Shown one piece after another: positions 27,026 to 40,740 of a stretch of DNA of 64,000 bases. Below the pieces are notes generated by a model. The model had not been told where the DNA came from, ran no database searches, and worked only from the letters and a program-made list of their open reading frames with translations. The position numbers and the translations under genes were made by a program. Position 1 is the first letter of the stretch. Every line of letters starts with the position of its first letter. Source of the DNA: Phoronis australis. Taxonomy: Eukaryota; Animalia; Phoronida. Where the stretch lies: assembly GCA_002633005.1 (NCBI GenBank), contig NMRA01000280.1, forward strand, positions 388,080-452,079, given 5' to 3'.

Positions 27026-28296
27026 TTTTCACAAGGTCATGTTGTTCCCACTCATATAAGCATCATCAATATTTGTTATTCACAGTATATCTCAATGAGC
27101 GTGCAAATAATGAATAGTTGTTGTTTGCAATATATACTATCGCGTGCTTGGAAATTCATGATTTGAAATTTCTTGATTTGGTAAAAAGCTATTGAAAACT
27201 ATCGATGTGCCACGTCGTCGTTGTCGTGTTCGTAATTTGTGACCACGTGATACTCCCCGCGAAATTTTTGCTGTAGGATGCGGTGAGCTCCATGACCAAA
27301 CACAGGACGGAGTTACTGCAACACGCAGACGATACCAGGGTCGTATTCAGGAGTCACACGATCCCGAGGAGTGTCGCCACAGACAGTGCATGCGAAATTG
27401 TCTACAAAAATTTGCATTTTCTGGTTCAAGTCATTTCAATTGGTATCACTTTAGAAGTTGTTGAAACAAAAAGTCAATGACAGTCGCAAATCCCAATCAC
27501 TCAACCACTACATGAAGCATATAGGTTGGACACTGAAAACTTTGCAGAATTGTTTCAAATCCAAATAAAATTTACGTGCACCTCCCATAGACTGTCAGCA
27601 CGCAATCCTCCCAAGCATTGTCTTCCTTTGATCGAATTAAATTGTCCTTGTCGTTGGCAATTTGGCGACAAAATTTCCGAAGCAAACACACAACTCTCTA
27701 TTTGTGGTCACATATTTTTTCTGTCGTGTCGGACATAACTTGTGCTTCAATTTTATTTCAGATGTGTGCCTCACGTTCGTTTTTTGCAATTATAATGCGA
27801 TAAGAATTCCTTGCGCCAAACCCGTTTTCAGTTTTCCTCAACTCTGTTGTAGTGCGGTGTGAGTGCCTTAAAATCGACCAAGAAACAAAAAACAGAAGAA
27901 ATTGTTTGTTATTTGCTATTTTGGTATACTTGGTGGTATAATATGATACGGTGCAGGTATTTTCAAATTTCGAATTGAAAGTGATCGCCAAATGACTGTT
28001 GTTCATTCAGTGTGTGCGTTTCCATTCTTTTAAATCTAGTACACGCCGACGGTAAGTTCATTACGGGCAGTCCTCCGTCGCTGCTTAAACAAAAACCAGA
28101 CATTTAACTACCGTGTGTTCTTGCACTTAGAAAACCTGGCGAGCATGTTCAAAACATTAAGGAAAAGTTGGTCTAAGTAGACCTAACAAAAACTCTGGTC
28201 AATGAAGAAAGTATTCTTTTGTCAATCAGTGTCAATGGTACACAACCTCGCAGACTTCATACCAGCAACGAATTTGATGGGAAAGATTTCCAAAGC

Positions 28297-29022
28297 TACA
28301 TGTCACTATTCCGAAGGTTCACCACTCCGAAAGTCCATGTAGAATTGCTAGTGATTAGTCACGAAAAAATGACACACTTCGGCGAAAAATTTTGATAAAT
28401 CGCTATTGATCAGTCACGAAAAACCTGTACGCTGTCTCTGTTTCTATAGGCTGGTGTTCCTTCCGCGTGTTGTTTTCACCCTCTCTGATTGTATCCCCCT
28501 CTTCCACTGTCACGTGTATTTCACTGTTTATTTCGCTTCGTACATGTTCGTTTCACTTATGCCGAGACATACAGTCTCGAAATACAACTGCTGTTTTAGT
28601 TTATTTGTTACATGTCTCGGTGTTTTCTACATAGCTGCACACTTGATGAAGACAGGAGATCGGTTCAACAGTACAAGCGAAACTGTATCAAGTTTTCAAT
28701 AAAAAAAATGTGTCGTGTTTTCAGCGAAGTTTGTGTCAACGAATGCTGCTACCGAACTATACTGATTTAAGTAAAAAATGCAAGAACGTACTCATTTTTC
28801 CGTATTCGTGAGAAATTCGAGCAATTTCGTATGGGAATGAAATCAATAGTACTCGGACGTTGTTTTCGGTACAAAGTAGGTACACTTCTCAGCCCATATA
28901 ATAACCGAAGTATCGTTTACTTTTCATGCAAAAGCATCAAAATGAAACCTGAGTTCAAAATTTTAGATATTTTTGGAGTAGTGAACCTTCGGAGTAGTGA
29001 ACCTTCGGAATAGTGAACCTTT
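28297..29022. mobile_element. MITE-like element with 16-bp subterminal tandem repeats
   Basis: Left cactattccgaaggttcaccactccgaa is the reverse complement of right (gtgaaccttcggaata/gta)n at 28975-29022; the same right end recurs at 43380-43427. Confidence 0.6.
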
Positions 29023-29506
29023 ATAATAGTTGCCTGCTCCTATTTCCAGCAATGTAAGTAACACGCACAAATAAAACCTGATAAAAAAATTCGTCAAGTC
29101 ATTCTCAGTCTAAAAAATTCCGTCCAAGTTTGTAATGAGGTGTAATCAATCATTTAAGCATGCCTGATTTGCAAGCTAGGCGGAAGGTAACGGGAGAACG
29201 TTCTCCTTCTGGACCACGTTACATATCCGAATTTGAGTCCCATTCCTTACGAGCAACCGTCACGGCATCCTCATTTCAGGAACATAGAGCTGAGAGTCAT
29301 CGTTGCGTATACAGATCTCCCTTTCCCTTAATTAAGCTCCGTCAAGGGCCTTACTGAAAACTTTACAATGTCGACTTTTGCAAAATTTCAAAGGTCCACC
29401 GTTCCAGGCTACGGGCCTGTGATTAGCGTGTTTGCAGAGGTTTTATCAGTGTTGCACTTCATTATATTCAAAGTATCACATGAACTCCAAATACAACGTT
29501 ACTACT

Positions 29507-32500
29507 TCAATGTTCAAGTATATTTACTTCTGGACAATCGTCATAGCAATCGATTGGTTTATCCAAAAACTCCCAAGTAGGAGCTACATTTGGACCGGTC
29601 GATGAATCCACCAGTGGATCGATTGGTGTCGCAACCATTCTTGATCCTTTTACAAGTAGTGTTTCCATTAGACCGACGCAATGTTTCATCGCGTCGGGGT
29701 TTCCGTTAAATGAGGTATGCAAACACTTAAGCATTTTTGTGTATACGTTATTAAATGAGTTGGACAGTCGGCGAGCCACCGAATTGTATTGATATTTGTT
29801 GGTTTTTGGATTGTCCATAATTGGCCAGACGCCATCTTCATAAAATGGAATCTTACTTCCGTCATATGCGTACGTCACATTGCACATCATTAGCTTTGCC
29901 TCTCCGCACACATACCTGTCTTGTTCGTGCACAAAAGGAACGTCACGAGCGGTGTAATATCTTTTGGTACGATGTAACGAATTCACACATTGTTCAGCGT
30001 TTTCAACGCGCAGATACTGGCCGTGTACAATTTGTGAGAACTTATAATAATGTGATAACAATCTCGCTTGAGATGTTTTTGAGGAGACCAGTGGATTGCA
30101 AGCGTCAGAACCTTCACCTTCTTGGGAAATTTGCTCTATCGCACGCGTAGCATCAGATATGCCAGAAATTTTAAATGGTTTGTCAACAACCCTAGTGTAC
30201 CAATGAGAAACTCCAATCTGTCGAAGAGGATCACCGTTGAATATCGTTCCACCCTTCTTCCTTGCTTTGTCCTCAAGTTCAACCAACGCCTTCAACACCA
30301 AGAAAAAGTGGAGAACATGAATTCAACACTGCAAGTATCAAGTACAAGTATACAACTGCCAAACTTGGCAACAATTGCATGTTCACCTTCCCCTTTCATG
30401 CACAGAATTGTGAATTTTAGCAAAAACTTGGTGTTGTAAGTTTTTGTCACCGGCATTCAATCACACTGCATGAGTACCTGTATTTTATTTGTTGGAGAAA
30501 AGGTAAAAATCACCGAGTGGCTCAAAAAGCATGAAAACGTTGTATAGGTCCTTTGGACTCGTGCTTCGGAATCTACGCCAACATGTTTGTAGTGCAAAAG
30601 GCGCGGCCAGAACTCACTGCCCTAACTAACCCTCCGCCTCAGTGAGTAGCATTGGGGAACATTGTGTGATCACATGTATCCAGTCGGAGCATCCGGGCAT
30701 TCATTGAATAACGACCCGTTTGATCATTCGGGCAGGATACGTACTGTGCCCGGCTAGTAAAAGCGTTTTACTTACGTTCTGTATTGTTTTGTAAAATTGA
30801 CCAATTGTCTTCGGGTAGTGCTCCTTTTCACAGCGTGATCTCTCACTTACTCGTTTACACCGGCTTACAATGACATCTTCTGGTTGCTCTATTTCCATGA
30901 AAACGTTTTGAATGTAGTCCACAGTGAGTTTTTCCAAAGTGATCACCAAGTCTGGCCTCAGCCCCCCTGGAAGACCATATGAGGGATATACCGGTGTCCA
31001 TTTAGACTCATTAAGGACAGGCTTGCCTCCAATGGCGTTTAGAATGTTCGCCACTAAGGTCATATGACTCATCTCTTGAACAGCGATGACTTTCAGAATA
31101 TCATACACCTCCCTGTTTCTACCCGGTTTAATGGACATTAGTCCAGTGAGATACGGTGGGATAGTCGAAAGCTCCACGAACAGTGCTTTCTGTAACATAA
31201 CTTCAAGGTCAACTTTTGCCGGGTGTTCTGGTACACCAAGTTGTGGATTGACCAACCAGTTGTTGATCGTTTGCAGGGTGTATCTGGATACATCACGTGA
31301 TACTGGCATGTAGTTGCCATCAGAAACGGGTAGGTTCATAGACATGCGTATTTTGGGGATGTTTTCCACGACACTGTTGTACTCCGCCAGGTTGACAATA
31401 GGTCTCATAACTGGATACATTGCGGCGTATCGAGAGAATATAGGCTTGATGTCTTTGTGCCATGTCGGGTGTTGTATCACCTTTTCCTTGAAGAACAGAT
31501 AAATTACAATGCAGGCATCTCCGCTGAGCACAAAACGTTGAGACTCGGGGCTCTTGTAGCGCACTAACAACCAGTAAATCTAGCAGAAAAACAACAAAGA
31601 AATCAGGTTGGTACAAGAATCACTATAGAAATAGCTCGTTCTTTTAAATATAGACCCTCACTGTTTTTATCAGTTTGCAACCCAAGAGCTTCATGAATAA
31701 ACCCTACATTTCATAAAACATAGCTTTTAGGGTGAATGTGGTTTTGTTACTTTCAAAAAATTAAGAGCTGGCGTTTATTTCATTTCTTTTGCTTTTACTT
31801 AAGTCTATGATGTAATATGAAATGGCATGGAATGAAAAGATCATCGTTCCCAGTATGAAATGGAACTAAACAGAACAGGCGCAAATTTAGAAATAACTGA
31901 CACAAAAAGTAATGCGTTTCGGACGGTAATGCTTCTTTATTAAAAAACGGTCTACTTAAGGACAACTCTTCTAAACATATGAATTTCGTTTTGAATTTCC
32001 CTAAGAGACTTTTGTCATTTTTATATTGTTTATTTTTCTTTACCAGTCGGCATTCTGTTTAGTTATATTTTGGTGTGTTTTGTGATAAAAGGATTCTTCG
32101 TGAAACAATTTCCAGTTCCATACCTGGGCATTTGGCAGCTGGTTTGTTGTCCTATTTGAGTTTGGTTTCTTCCCAGGATCTCCAGCTCTGAACGCTATGC
32201 TCGCTTCCCCTCTTTCGTCAGTGACGCCATCAGTGAAGTGCAGCGCTCCTTTGGGTTCATTGATCACTCCATCACCATCGGCAAACTCATTAGACATTGA
32301 GAAGGTTACGTTTTTATTTTTGTCTTCCTTCGAAGCAAAATTTAAACTGATGTGGACATCTTTTAATGGTCTCCCAAACTGGTAAGCATAGAACGTGACA
32401 TTCCATTCGTCGTCCGGGTGTTTGTAAAACGTGTAGTTATGTTGTACTCCAACAACTATGCCGTCAGCCGATTCTTCAAGAAGTATGTCATCCATATTCC

Positions 32501-35500
32501 TAACAACGCCTAGAGGACTAGATTGAATTAGTGGAAGCATAGTTTCTTTCACCTCAAAAGGTTGGACACCCGACGTCGCTCTGTACCACTTATCTCGCTT
32601 GTAATCAAGATGCCCAACACGGATCATTCCACTTTTTGTCAAAATAGTTAAATACAATTTACCATTGTCCATATAGTCTGACGCAAAGCGCCCCCTAATG
32701 TCACATTTTAGACTGTTTCCAAAATCAACTATTACTAGCTTTCGATCTTCGTCGACAATAAATGGCGCATCAAAGTATTTGCTGTGCTTTGGTCCCAATT
32801 TGTTTCTCATTACACGTGCAACCTTAAACATGTGACACGAATCCTCGCCATGCGGTCCTATAATACCAGCTACACGTCCGTGCTTGTAATTAACGTCCTT
32901 TTTGTTCTTGTTAAACAAATCTACATTAAATTTAATAGATAACGTGGGCGCGGTTGACACTCCAGCGGTAACATTCATGAGCTCGTGAACGAAACGGGAT
33001 TTGCGCAGTCTTTTCTTTATTGATTTCTTCCACTTTATGTTGGTGAGAGTTGACTTAAAAAATCCACCGAGTCTGGAATCAAAGATTTGATCTGGCACCT
33101 TAAGCCAACCGTGCTGATAGGCAGCCACTGCAAACCGACCGGTGAGTACATCTCCCAGTGTTATGGTCCAGCCCCAAATTTGAGACATGCTCATAACTGA
33201 GGTATCCATGTCCACTAATTTAGGATTACTTAGATGTGTTCCTACAAAGACAATATTATTTCAGTTCGAAGGGACAAAAACCTTGTTTTATCATGACTAG
33301 ACAACTCAATTGTTAACAAGAATGTGCCATAAAGCCCCGCAATTAGGCGTCTAATTATGTGACCGCGCCTAGTTGCGGCCATAGGCGCGTGGCTTTATAT
33401 GTGGGGCACTTGAGTAGAGCTTGCATTAATTACGGTGCTCCAGATATAGGTGCACCTTCGATGCTTCAAAAAACACCCTTAGTTTGCACGTGGATTTTAG
33501 TGCAAATTCTTTTCTGATGACATACTGCCGACGAAACTGCAGTGCTTGTTTTTCTGGCCAAGAAAACAAGTCTATGGCAGTTTCAGTCCCCGTAGCTCTT
33601 CTTGACCACATTGGTCCTCGATCTGTGACCCTCGCTTGTACCTCTCTTCCCATATCCAACCAATGAGCTAAATACTGAATTTAGCTCATTGATCCAACCA
33701 TCTGTAAACTATCCTTGTCAGGTTAAACAATCGATTGCAGTTAAAACGTTGTAGCAGTGAAGTTTATTCTTTCGAAGAGGAGATGAACCAAATGTTATTT
33801 TATACGTAAATCGTTATTGAAAATAAAACTTGTAATGAGTTTTAAATTTTATATCTTTAGAATTTAACTGTTCCTGTAGTCACCCAGAGGGTCACTAACG
33901 CCACACGCTGTGTGAAATAAAAAGCATTTAGTGTATTTTTTAAAATCATTCAAGGCGCGTCTATGACCGGCGCAAGCGCCTATACGCGGGACATTTGATT
34001 AAAAAATCTTGCGAAAAAAGGAAGTGGTTCTCATATAGGTGCACACGCCTAACTGAGGGGCTATACGGCAACGGCGTGAACCTTTGAAAGTCTAGGCCAT
34101 TAAGCGTAACCAAAACGTCGTGTTCAACACAACACGTCTTTATCTATCTATCTGTCCGTCCATCCGTCCGACCGAACGTCCGTCTGTTTGTCTACATCTA
34201 TATCTATGTCTATATATGTATATATTTTTCATAGCGTATTTTTCTTTAGAAATCGTAATTTTACTTTCGTAAATTAAAGTGATATACTTGTCTCGACCGC
34301 CTCAGTTGATACATATACTTTGACTATTACCTACCGGCCACAGCTTGCCCTATGAGTGCATCAGATTTTGGATTTGAGGTGCACGTTGCGTCACTGTAAC
34401 ATACTCTGGTAACAACGACATCCACAAAGTCCCAGTTGTTTCCACCCTGACAAAGATTTTGAAAGGACGTTAGTCCAACGAACATCTCTCAAAGAATAAA
34501 ATAGGGCAAGCTTGCTCCATTATATTTCTCAGAAGATTCGATGCTTTGACAATAATCATTAGTTTTCATATCAAGTCCCTCCAACTTTGGATTTTCGTGC
34601 GTTCAATACTTGTCAGTCCTTATAAATATGACAGGTTACAAAGAAATCCTATGCCCGCGGTCTAACCTCTGCACTTTAAAAGGTTACTAAACCATGTTTT
34701 GATGATGTCAACCAATCCTCGTTCTATCACCTGCTGATGTAACCATGGCGTCAGTCTTGAAAGATAAAAGCAGAATAAAAAAACTCATACCACCTATTTC
34801 GCAAATTGCACATTACAGTCCTTGATAGGTGGTATTTTCCCACAGTTGCCGTGTAATTCGCTAAAAGCGTAGGTCAACCTTTAGTCTACTTTCACATTTA
34901 GCAGATTTTTTAGGGTTGTCGAGGGTTTCGGAGTATTAGTTGGTTTCAGAGAACTAGACGGGAAAGTCGTTTTTAGTATCTGTTCATAGGTCAAAACCAG
35001 GTTTGGTATCCTTTTAAACAATACCAAGACTATGACTGGCGGACAAGAGAACTTGGTCGTAGCTGTTATCCTCCCTTTTTGAGAAGATAGCTAGACTTGA
35101 TCATTGGTGATCTAACTGTTTGATTTTTAAAAAAAAACATTATCAGCGTTCTTACAAAATATCTTTCGGCTTTGTAATCACTTTCAATGACTAAACCGCA
35201 TTATCAGAAGTTTAAATTCCACGTTGAACTGAATGCCTTTTCAGTAGTCTGTACAGGTTCCACCTATGGAACGGAAATTTCAACGTCCATGCAAGGAGCG
35301 GTTTGTATTTGAAGAACGTCTTGGACAACATAGACTACATCACGACTTTGACTTACTTCGTAATGGCAAACCATGTCGACGATGTCCCCTACGCCGTTGC
35401 ACAGGGTATGCTGACTGAAGTTTCCCATGTCGTAATTTTTAGCGTGGTTGTTAGCTGTAGTGAAGTCGGAATAAAATTTACCGGCGAAGTGCAGTCTAGG

Positions 35501-37084
35501 AAAATCCAGATAGGAAGATACAGTGAAGCCTGGGCGCAGAACACACGAATCTGGAACATAGGCATTATTGGAAGCATACATGTTTTGAAAACGCAGATTG
35601 TGCAGTAAAAATTAACATTTCCCCCTTGTACGCATTCAAGTCCATGGTAAGGTCCAGAAAACTAGTTTTCAAAAACCAATAATTGCAAATTGCCAATTCA
35701 CTTCTCTCCAACCCGGTCACGATAAAAAATTGAAATATGGGATCTAATACCACAGATTGTCCGTTGTGGGGGAAAATGGTGGTTTAAAACTCGAGCCCGA
35801 AAAGTATATTTGCGCCAGTAATTTACGAACCTAATTTACGGGCGACACTTTTAGCCCTGACCCAGGGGGAAAGCTTAGACCGCGACTCGAATTTAGAGGT
35901 GCTCCCATGGAAACATGACCCTGTGCCTGGAGATTGATGATCGTGTTTGGTCGATGAGTGGGTGGAATTTCGGGGTGCGTGTCTAGGGAATGGAGATTCA
36001 AGGGATACTGGCTGAAATTTAGACGCTCGATTATGGAATTGTTTCCACCTAATACAATATCTCTCAATCTTTGACATTCATCATCTGGTAATTTCCATTC
36101 TGATCGAAATGATTTCAAGAGGAAGTAATGCAAATTCAGTAACCAATGCTTCAAATCTTTCTTAAGCAAAACTACCGTGGCTCATAGTCTACAAATCCCA
36201 ACCACATATCTACAGTACCTGTTCATGTACTTGAGTGATATAACTTTTCATAAACAAGACAATGCGATACTCCATTTTTGTGGATAATACACGTTTAATC
36301 ACCTTCGTCACTCTTGTCCGGGCAGTCAATATGTCCATCACAAATCTTACTAGAATCTACACAGGTGTAGTCTTTACAAAGAAATCCTGAACACTTTTGG
36401 CTTGGCTGCGTTGACGTTTCTACAATATTAGGTTTTGCTGAAAAGAAATTTGTATACCCTTTAAAATATTTGTGCAAGTCCCAGTAAAACCGAAGTAGTG
36501 ACAAAACAGTGTATCCATAATTGAGGGAGACCCAGATGGACATATAAGTGTCTTAGCCTTCATCATCTGGGTGAAAAACTTTTCTCTCTGGCTGGAAAAT
36601 TTACCACCCAAGTGATAAACATTTCTACCTTGGATTAGAGTAATTCGCACGCGGACGGTAACGCATTTACACCCAGGCAGAAATGTTTTCCAATCGAGTG
36701 GTAAAAGACAACGATACAAAAGACTTGAAATAGTCACAAGATTGAATGTCATTTTTGGACCACCGTATTGATTAAGTAAAGTAAGAAATTCATTGCTGCT
36801 GTCCCGCATTCTCTCCTGGTAGATGACACACGATTGGCAAAACATCGCTCGTATTATAGCACCTCTCTCGAACACGCATGTTTCTTTCAAACAATCCTCT
36901 TATCAGACGTACAATTTTTCCTGTTGCCGGCTTTGAATAACTGCTGAATCTTTAGATGGAGGCCTTCTTCTCCCTGGCTAACCACGGCGAAGAGTATGAG
37001 GGTGGACACTTGTAAGAGGAACACAAGGCATAATAACACGTGAATCCATGTGTGTGTCTCGTATTCCTTGTCTCTTCGTTCCAT
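29507..37084 (-). CDS. Signal anchor + LDLa + VioB/RebD-like (iminophenyl-pyruvate dimer synthase-like, C-terminal ferritin-like) fusion protein, paralog 1, 1105 aa; exons 37084-36913, 36437-36303, 35550-35357, 34446-34335, 33241-32124, 31579-30776, 30289-29507
   Basis: All six introns GT-AG with compatible phases (1,1,0,1,0,0); 3318 nt open. Motifs: SYLDFPRLHFAGKF...TANN (VioB-type start), KLVDMD....SQIWG, PTW.KDI.PIF..Y..MYPVM...YMPVSRD.S, LQKALFVELSTIPPYL, QEMSHM....NILNAIGG.P, FMEIEQP, TIGQFY, EGEG, SHYYKF; six-Cys LDLa ending SDEDSC. Confidence 0.88.
33324..34070. mobile_element. MITE in intron 4 of paralog 1 (orthologous copy 50082-50833 in paralog 2)
   Basis: tgccataaagccccgcaattaggcg ... 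cgcctaactgagggggctatacggca inverted termini with repeated cgcctaattgc units. Confidence 0.65.
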
Positions 37085-38040
37085 GGCCTGCGTCTAAATG
37101 GAAAAATTTGATGAGTGAACATTATTTACTTATCGATTTCCTAATCAGATGCATCAATTTTATCAACAATTATGAATTACCCCAAGTCAATAGATGTATT
37201 TCAATCACAAAGAACAGATCCGAAAGTTCAAATAATCTAACTTCATTTGCTTATTGACTTAAGGTCGCATTAATGTCATTGCAATCGGTAGCAGTACGTG
37301 TTTGGACGTTTCTGACACGAGAGACCATCAGGCAGCATCCGGGTGTTCTATCCACTTTATTTGAACTTGCTTACCAATTCTATATCAAAAAGACCAAAAA
37401 TAACCCCACCAGTCGATCATCTGTCAACACCCGGAATCACTATCTGTCGATATGTTAATTGACCTATCCCAAGCTCCGCCTCCTTTCGTAATGTCGACTA
37501 ACAAACTATAAGTTTTACCCGGCAACGTGTTGTTTGTTGGGTAAAACGGCGGCTTGGAAACGAAGGTGGGCCAATAATGCTGCGTTCTACATGGTCAGTT
37601 AAGCCGTCACTCAAAATCCTGGCGATAGGTCAATTAGCTTATCTCGAATTACGAACATTTATTGGTAGATTCAAACTCCATACAATCGAGACAACAAATG
37701 GGGGTGGGCTCCAGTGATCATTTTGAAGAATAATATTAGATTGAATCTGTCCTTCCAATCTTCAATACGGGGTTCCCCAAGGTGTAAGAACCCTAGAAAT
37801 GTCATTGAAAGTTTGAAAAGATTATAAAAATAATATTCAACTTCATATGAAGCACTTTAACTGTCGTGAGGTCTTTGACAGCCAGCCTTTAATTCCCCGC
37901 CTTGTGCAAGTAAAGTTGCTTACCACGTTTTTCATGATCTACGTCTGACCAAATTATTTCTTTAATAGCTTTTACAATTACCGAAGGTATTCAAGGTATT
38001 CAAAGGGAATTTTTGTATCGCTGTCAAAGATACTATACTA

Positions 38041-40740
38041 GGCACAAGATGTTTTGTAGCAAATGCACGCGAACGCATTTCGAGGACAACTGTCCTACCA
38101 AAGGCAAAACATGTCACGCTTGTGGAACTTTTGGCCATTTTTGAGACAGCAACACCACTATCAAAAGCAGAGACGAGGACTATCCCGATGGCACCAAGGA
38201 GGACACAAAAATGTGCATAGAACTGAGGAGGACCATATGGCAACAGATATGATGGAACAATGCAGTATTAAAGATGTGTTCTGTATAAATTGTATCCCAT
38301 ACGCGTTGAATCTATCGAGGGAAATACGGCCATGTAATAAAGTTTTCCGTATTCACCTCCCACACTACTTCAACATTGACCTCTGACATGGAAGTTCAAA
38401 AGGTAGGTCAATATCGACTCGACGTCGATAGCCGATTCGATCACCAAACTTTCGGCAATTAGTTTAAAGTAATACAATTATAGCAGTGTAAATAACGCTC
38501 AACATACCATCAGGTCTCAATCGTAACATCTGGAACAGGACTATTAATTAAATGGCAGTTCTGTCTCAGTTTTAATTTGCTAAATATTTTATCGTCTGTA
38601 ACTCAGGCGCCGATTGCTCGGTAACTACAATATCAAATATTGTTGTTATTTAACAATTTTCAGGAGATGTTACAAGTTCAATGAAAAGTTATCCTTGTTT
38701 CCATCTTCATTGTCTCTTTTCAAGTAATAAATCGTCACATTTAAAACTGTTTCTTCGACTATACAAAACTTGCAGCCTAACGCGCAAGTACATACATATA
38801 GGATGTAGTGATCCGTCAGGTGAACAGTCTGAGTGAAGTATTAAAAATATCTGCCGAAAAATGAAAGAAACATAAGCATTCGAAGCGTATGGAATAAATA
38901 CAAAACGTACCTTGATTGCGGTCTCGGTCGATACGCAGAATAATGTTTCGTAGGATATTACTTCATGTACGCCACTCTCGGTACGTAATGTGTATTTATC
39001 TACATCATTCGTTATCTTACTTACCTATAATTTCATTCACTCTGTATATTTTGTTAATGCCTATTTTCCACTTCGTCGATTTGTCTATGTATTTTGTCCC
39101 TATTTCCATATATGTTACTTTTGTATCTTTAGCCTTACATTTTAGTCCAATCCGTTACTGCCACGACAGCAGGGTGAGGTCACACCTGGCAGCTGTTCCA
39201 GCACTTGGGAAAACGTACCTCCAGCTTTGGCCCCTGGAGTTAGGGTTGAATATCCGGCTGACAGCACTCTGTAACATGTGCGCACCCAGCCTTCAAAATG
39301 GAGGGGCTCGAATTCCTGACGTCGTGGACCTTTTGCTACCAAAAGAGCGGGCAGACTAAAAAGAAAAAAATGGGAGCACCCCTGTGTTTCTTTAATGGAC
39401 ATTTGTCCCATTTTCTTGGACTTTTTGTATCTCGGGGGCGGACCGTTTCGCCTAATGGGGGCGCGCATGCAGTTTGTGGAATCTACACAATACCTCCCTT
39501 TCCTTCCTTATTTTTATTTCGGTGCGTCACTGCGGATTGGCATGAGTTGTCTTCACATCTCTTGTGCTCATCTTTCCAGAGATCATTACTTTTTGTTTAC
39601 TTATTATTTTGCTCTCATATTTCATAGTAAATGACCTTTACTTCACCTACTGTATATACGGTCTCCCTTTTATTTCTGTAAACGGAGCTTGCAACGCACC
39701 TATCATTTTTGGGACATACTTTGAACATAAATTCAAGTACAAATTCTGATGTTTGGAATGTCGCAGTACAAGTAGGTAAGTCACACTTATCCTTCACAAT
39801 TAATACTTTTGTAGATTGCAATATATTGTCACTAGCTACACTGAGAAAGTTAGGTAGCGCAATGTTGTGATCAATGGTATTCATGGCAAACCACAGAAAG
39901 CATGTGGTGAAATTGTACCGCCAGTTGTTTATAAGAATAAAAGACACACGCTACATTTGTTAGGACGTGATGACGGTGTGAAACTAAATGTAGTCCAGAG
40001 AGTGTTTGGAGTGAACTCTCAGAACCAAAATGCAAATCATGATGCCTTTATCAGAAAATAAAGTGATGTGTTTGAAGAAACAATTGGCTGTATTCCAGGC
40101 GAATGCGACATTCAGGTAGATTCTTCTATATCGGCAGTAGTTCACCCTCCCAGACCAGTTCCAGCTGCTACCAGAGTGCAGGTAAAAGTGGAATTAGACC
40201 ATCTAGAAAGATGTGGCATTACCGCGAAAGTCACCCAGCCAACACCATGGGTGTCACCACTAGTATGTGTTAGGAAACGCAATAATAGAGTCAGGTTGTA
40301 CATTGATTCCTTTAGCTTAAATAAGGCTATTTTGCCTGAAAACCACCAAATGAGTTCAATTGATGATATTGTACTTAAATTACATGGGAGTAAAGATTTC
40401 AGTGTACGTGTTGCAAACATGGGTTATGACCATATCAGGCTGAGTGAGCAAAGTACTTACTATACAGCATTTAATACCCCATTTGGGCGACACAGGCATC
40501 TTAGACTGCCCATGGGCTTGGAAAGTTCCCCGGGAAATTTATCAAAAGGCTATGCAAAATATGTTTGGCAACATTTCTTTGGGAGTGGAAATTGTGATGA
40601 ACGATATTCTGATTCACGGCAAAACAACCGAAGAGCATGGTGAACGGCTAATAGCTGTAATGGAGATAGCCTGAAAAGGATTATAATTAAATCTAATTAT
40701 AACTAAGATTAGTCAACCTCAAATTAGTTATGTGCGGATG
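38041..40740 (+). mobile_element. Degenerate Ty3/Gypsy LTR retrotransposon (gag zinc knuckle and pol RT fragments, interrupted)
   Basis: 38050-38145 reads CSKCTRTHFEDNCPTKGKTCHACGTFGHF; 40068-40674 has PTPWVSPLVCVRK..NRVRL.ID...LNKAI, TAFNTPFGR...RLPMGL, MNDILIHG.T.EEH; frameshifted. Confidence 0.85.

Noticed and set aside
28975-29030. CRISPR-like short repeats (also 43380-43427)
   Set aside because: 16-bp units abut with no unique spacers, have an inverted partner at ~28300, and no cas genes are present; these are MITE subterminal repeats.
29821-30439. Plus-strand ORFs conserved in both copies (also 44196-44812, 31086-31502)
   Set aside because: Antisense shadows of the conserved minus-strand exons.
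36295-36302. Apparent premature TAA after SDEGD, suggesting paralog 1 is a pseudogene
   Set aside because: The TAA falls inside intron 2 (donor GAAG|GTGATT at 36303/36302); splicing gives the canonical SDEDSC.
36438-36890. 156-aa ORF or extra exon (KTFLPGCKC...) between exons 1 and 2
   Set aside because: Frame-breaking indels between paralogs and no shared acceptor; exon 1 splices in frame directly to the LDLa exon, though a minor alternative exon cannot be excluded.
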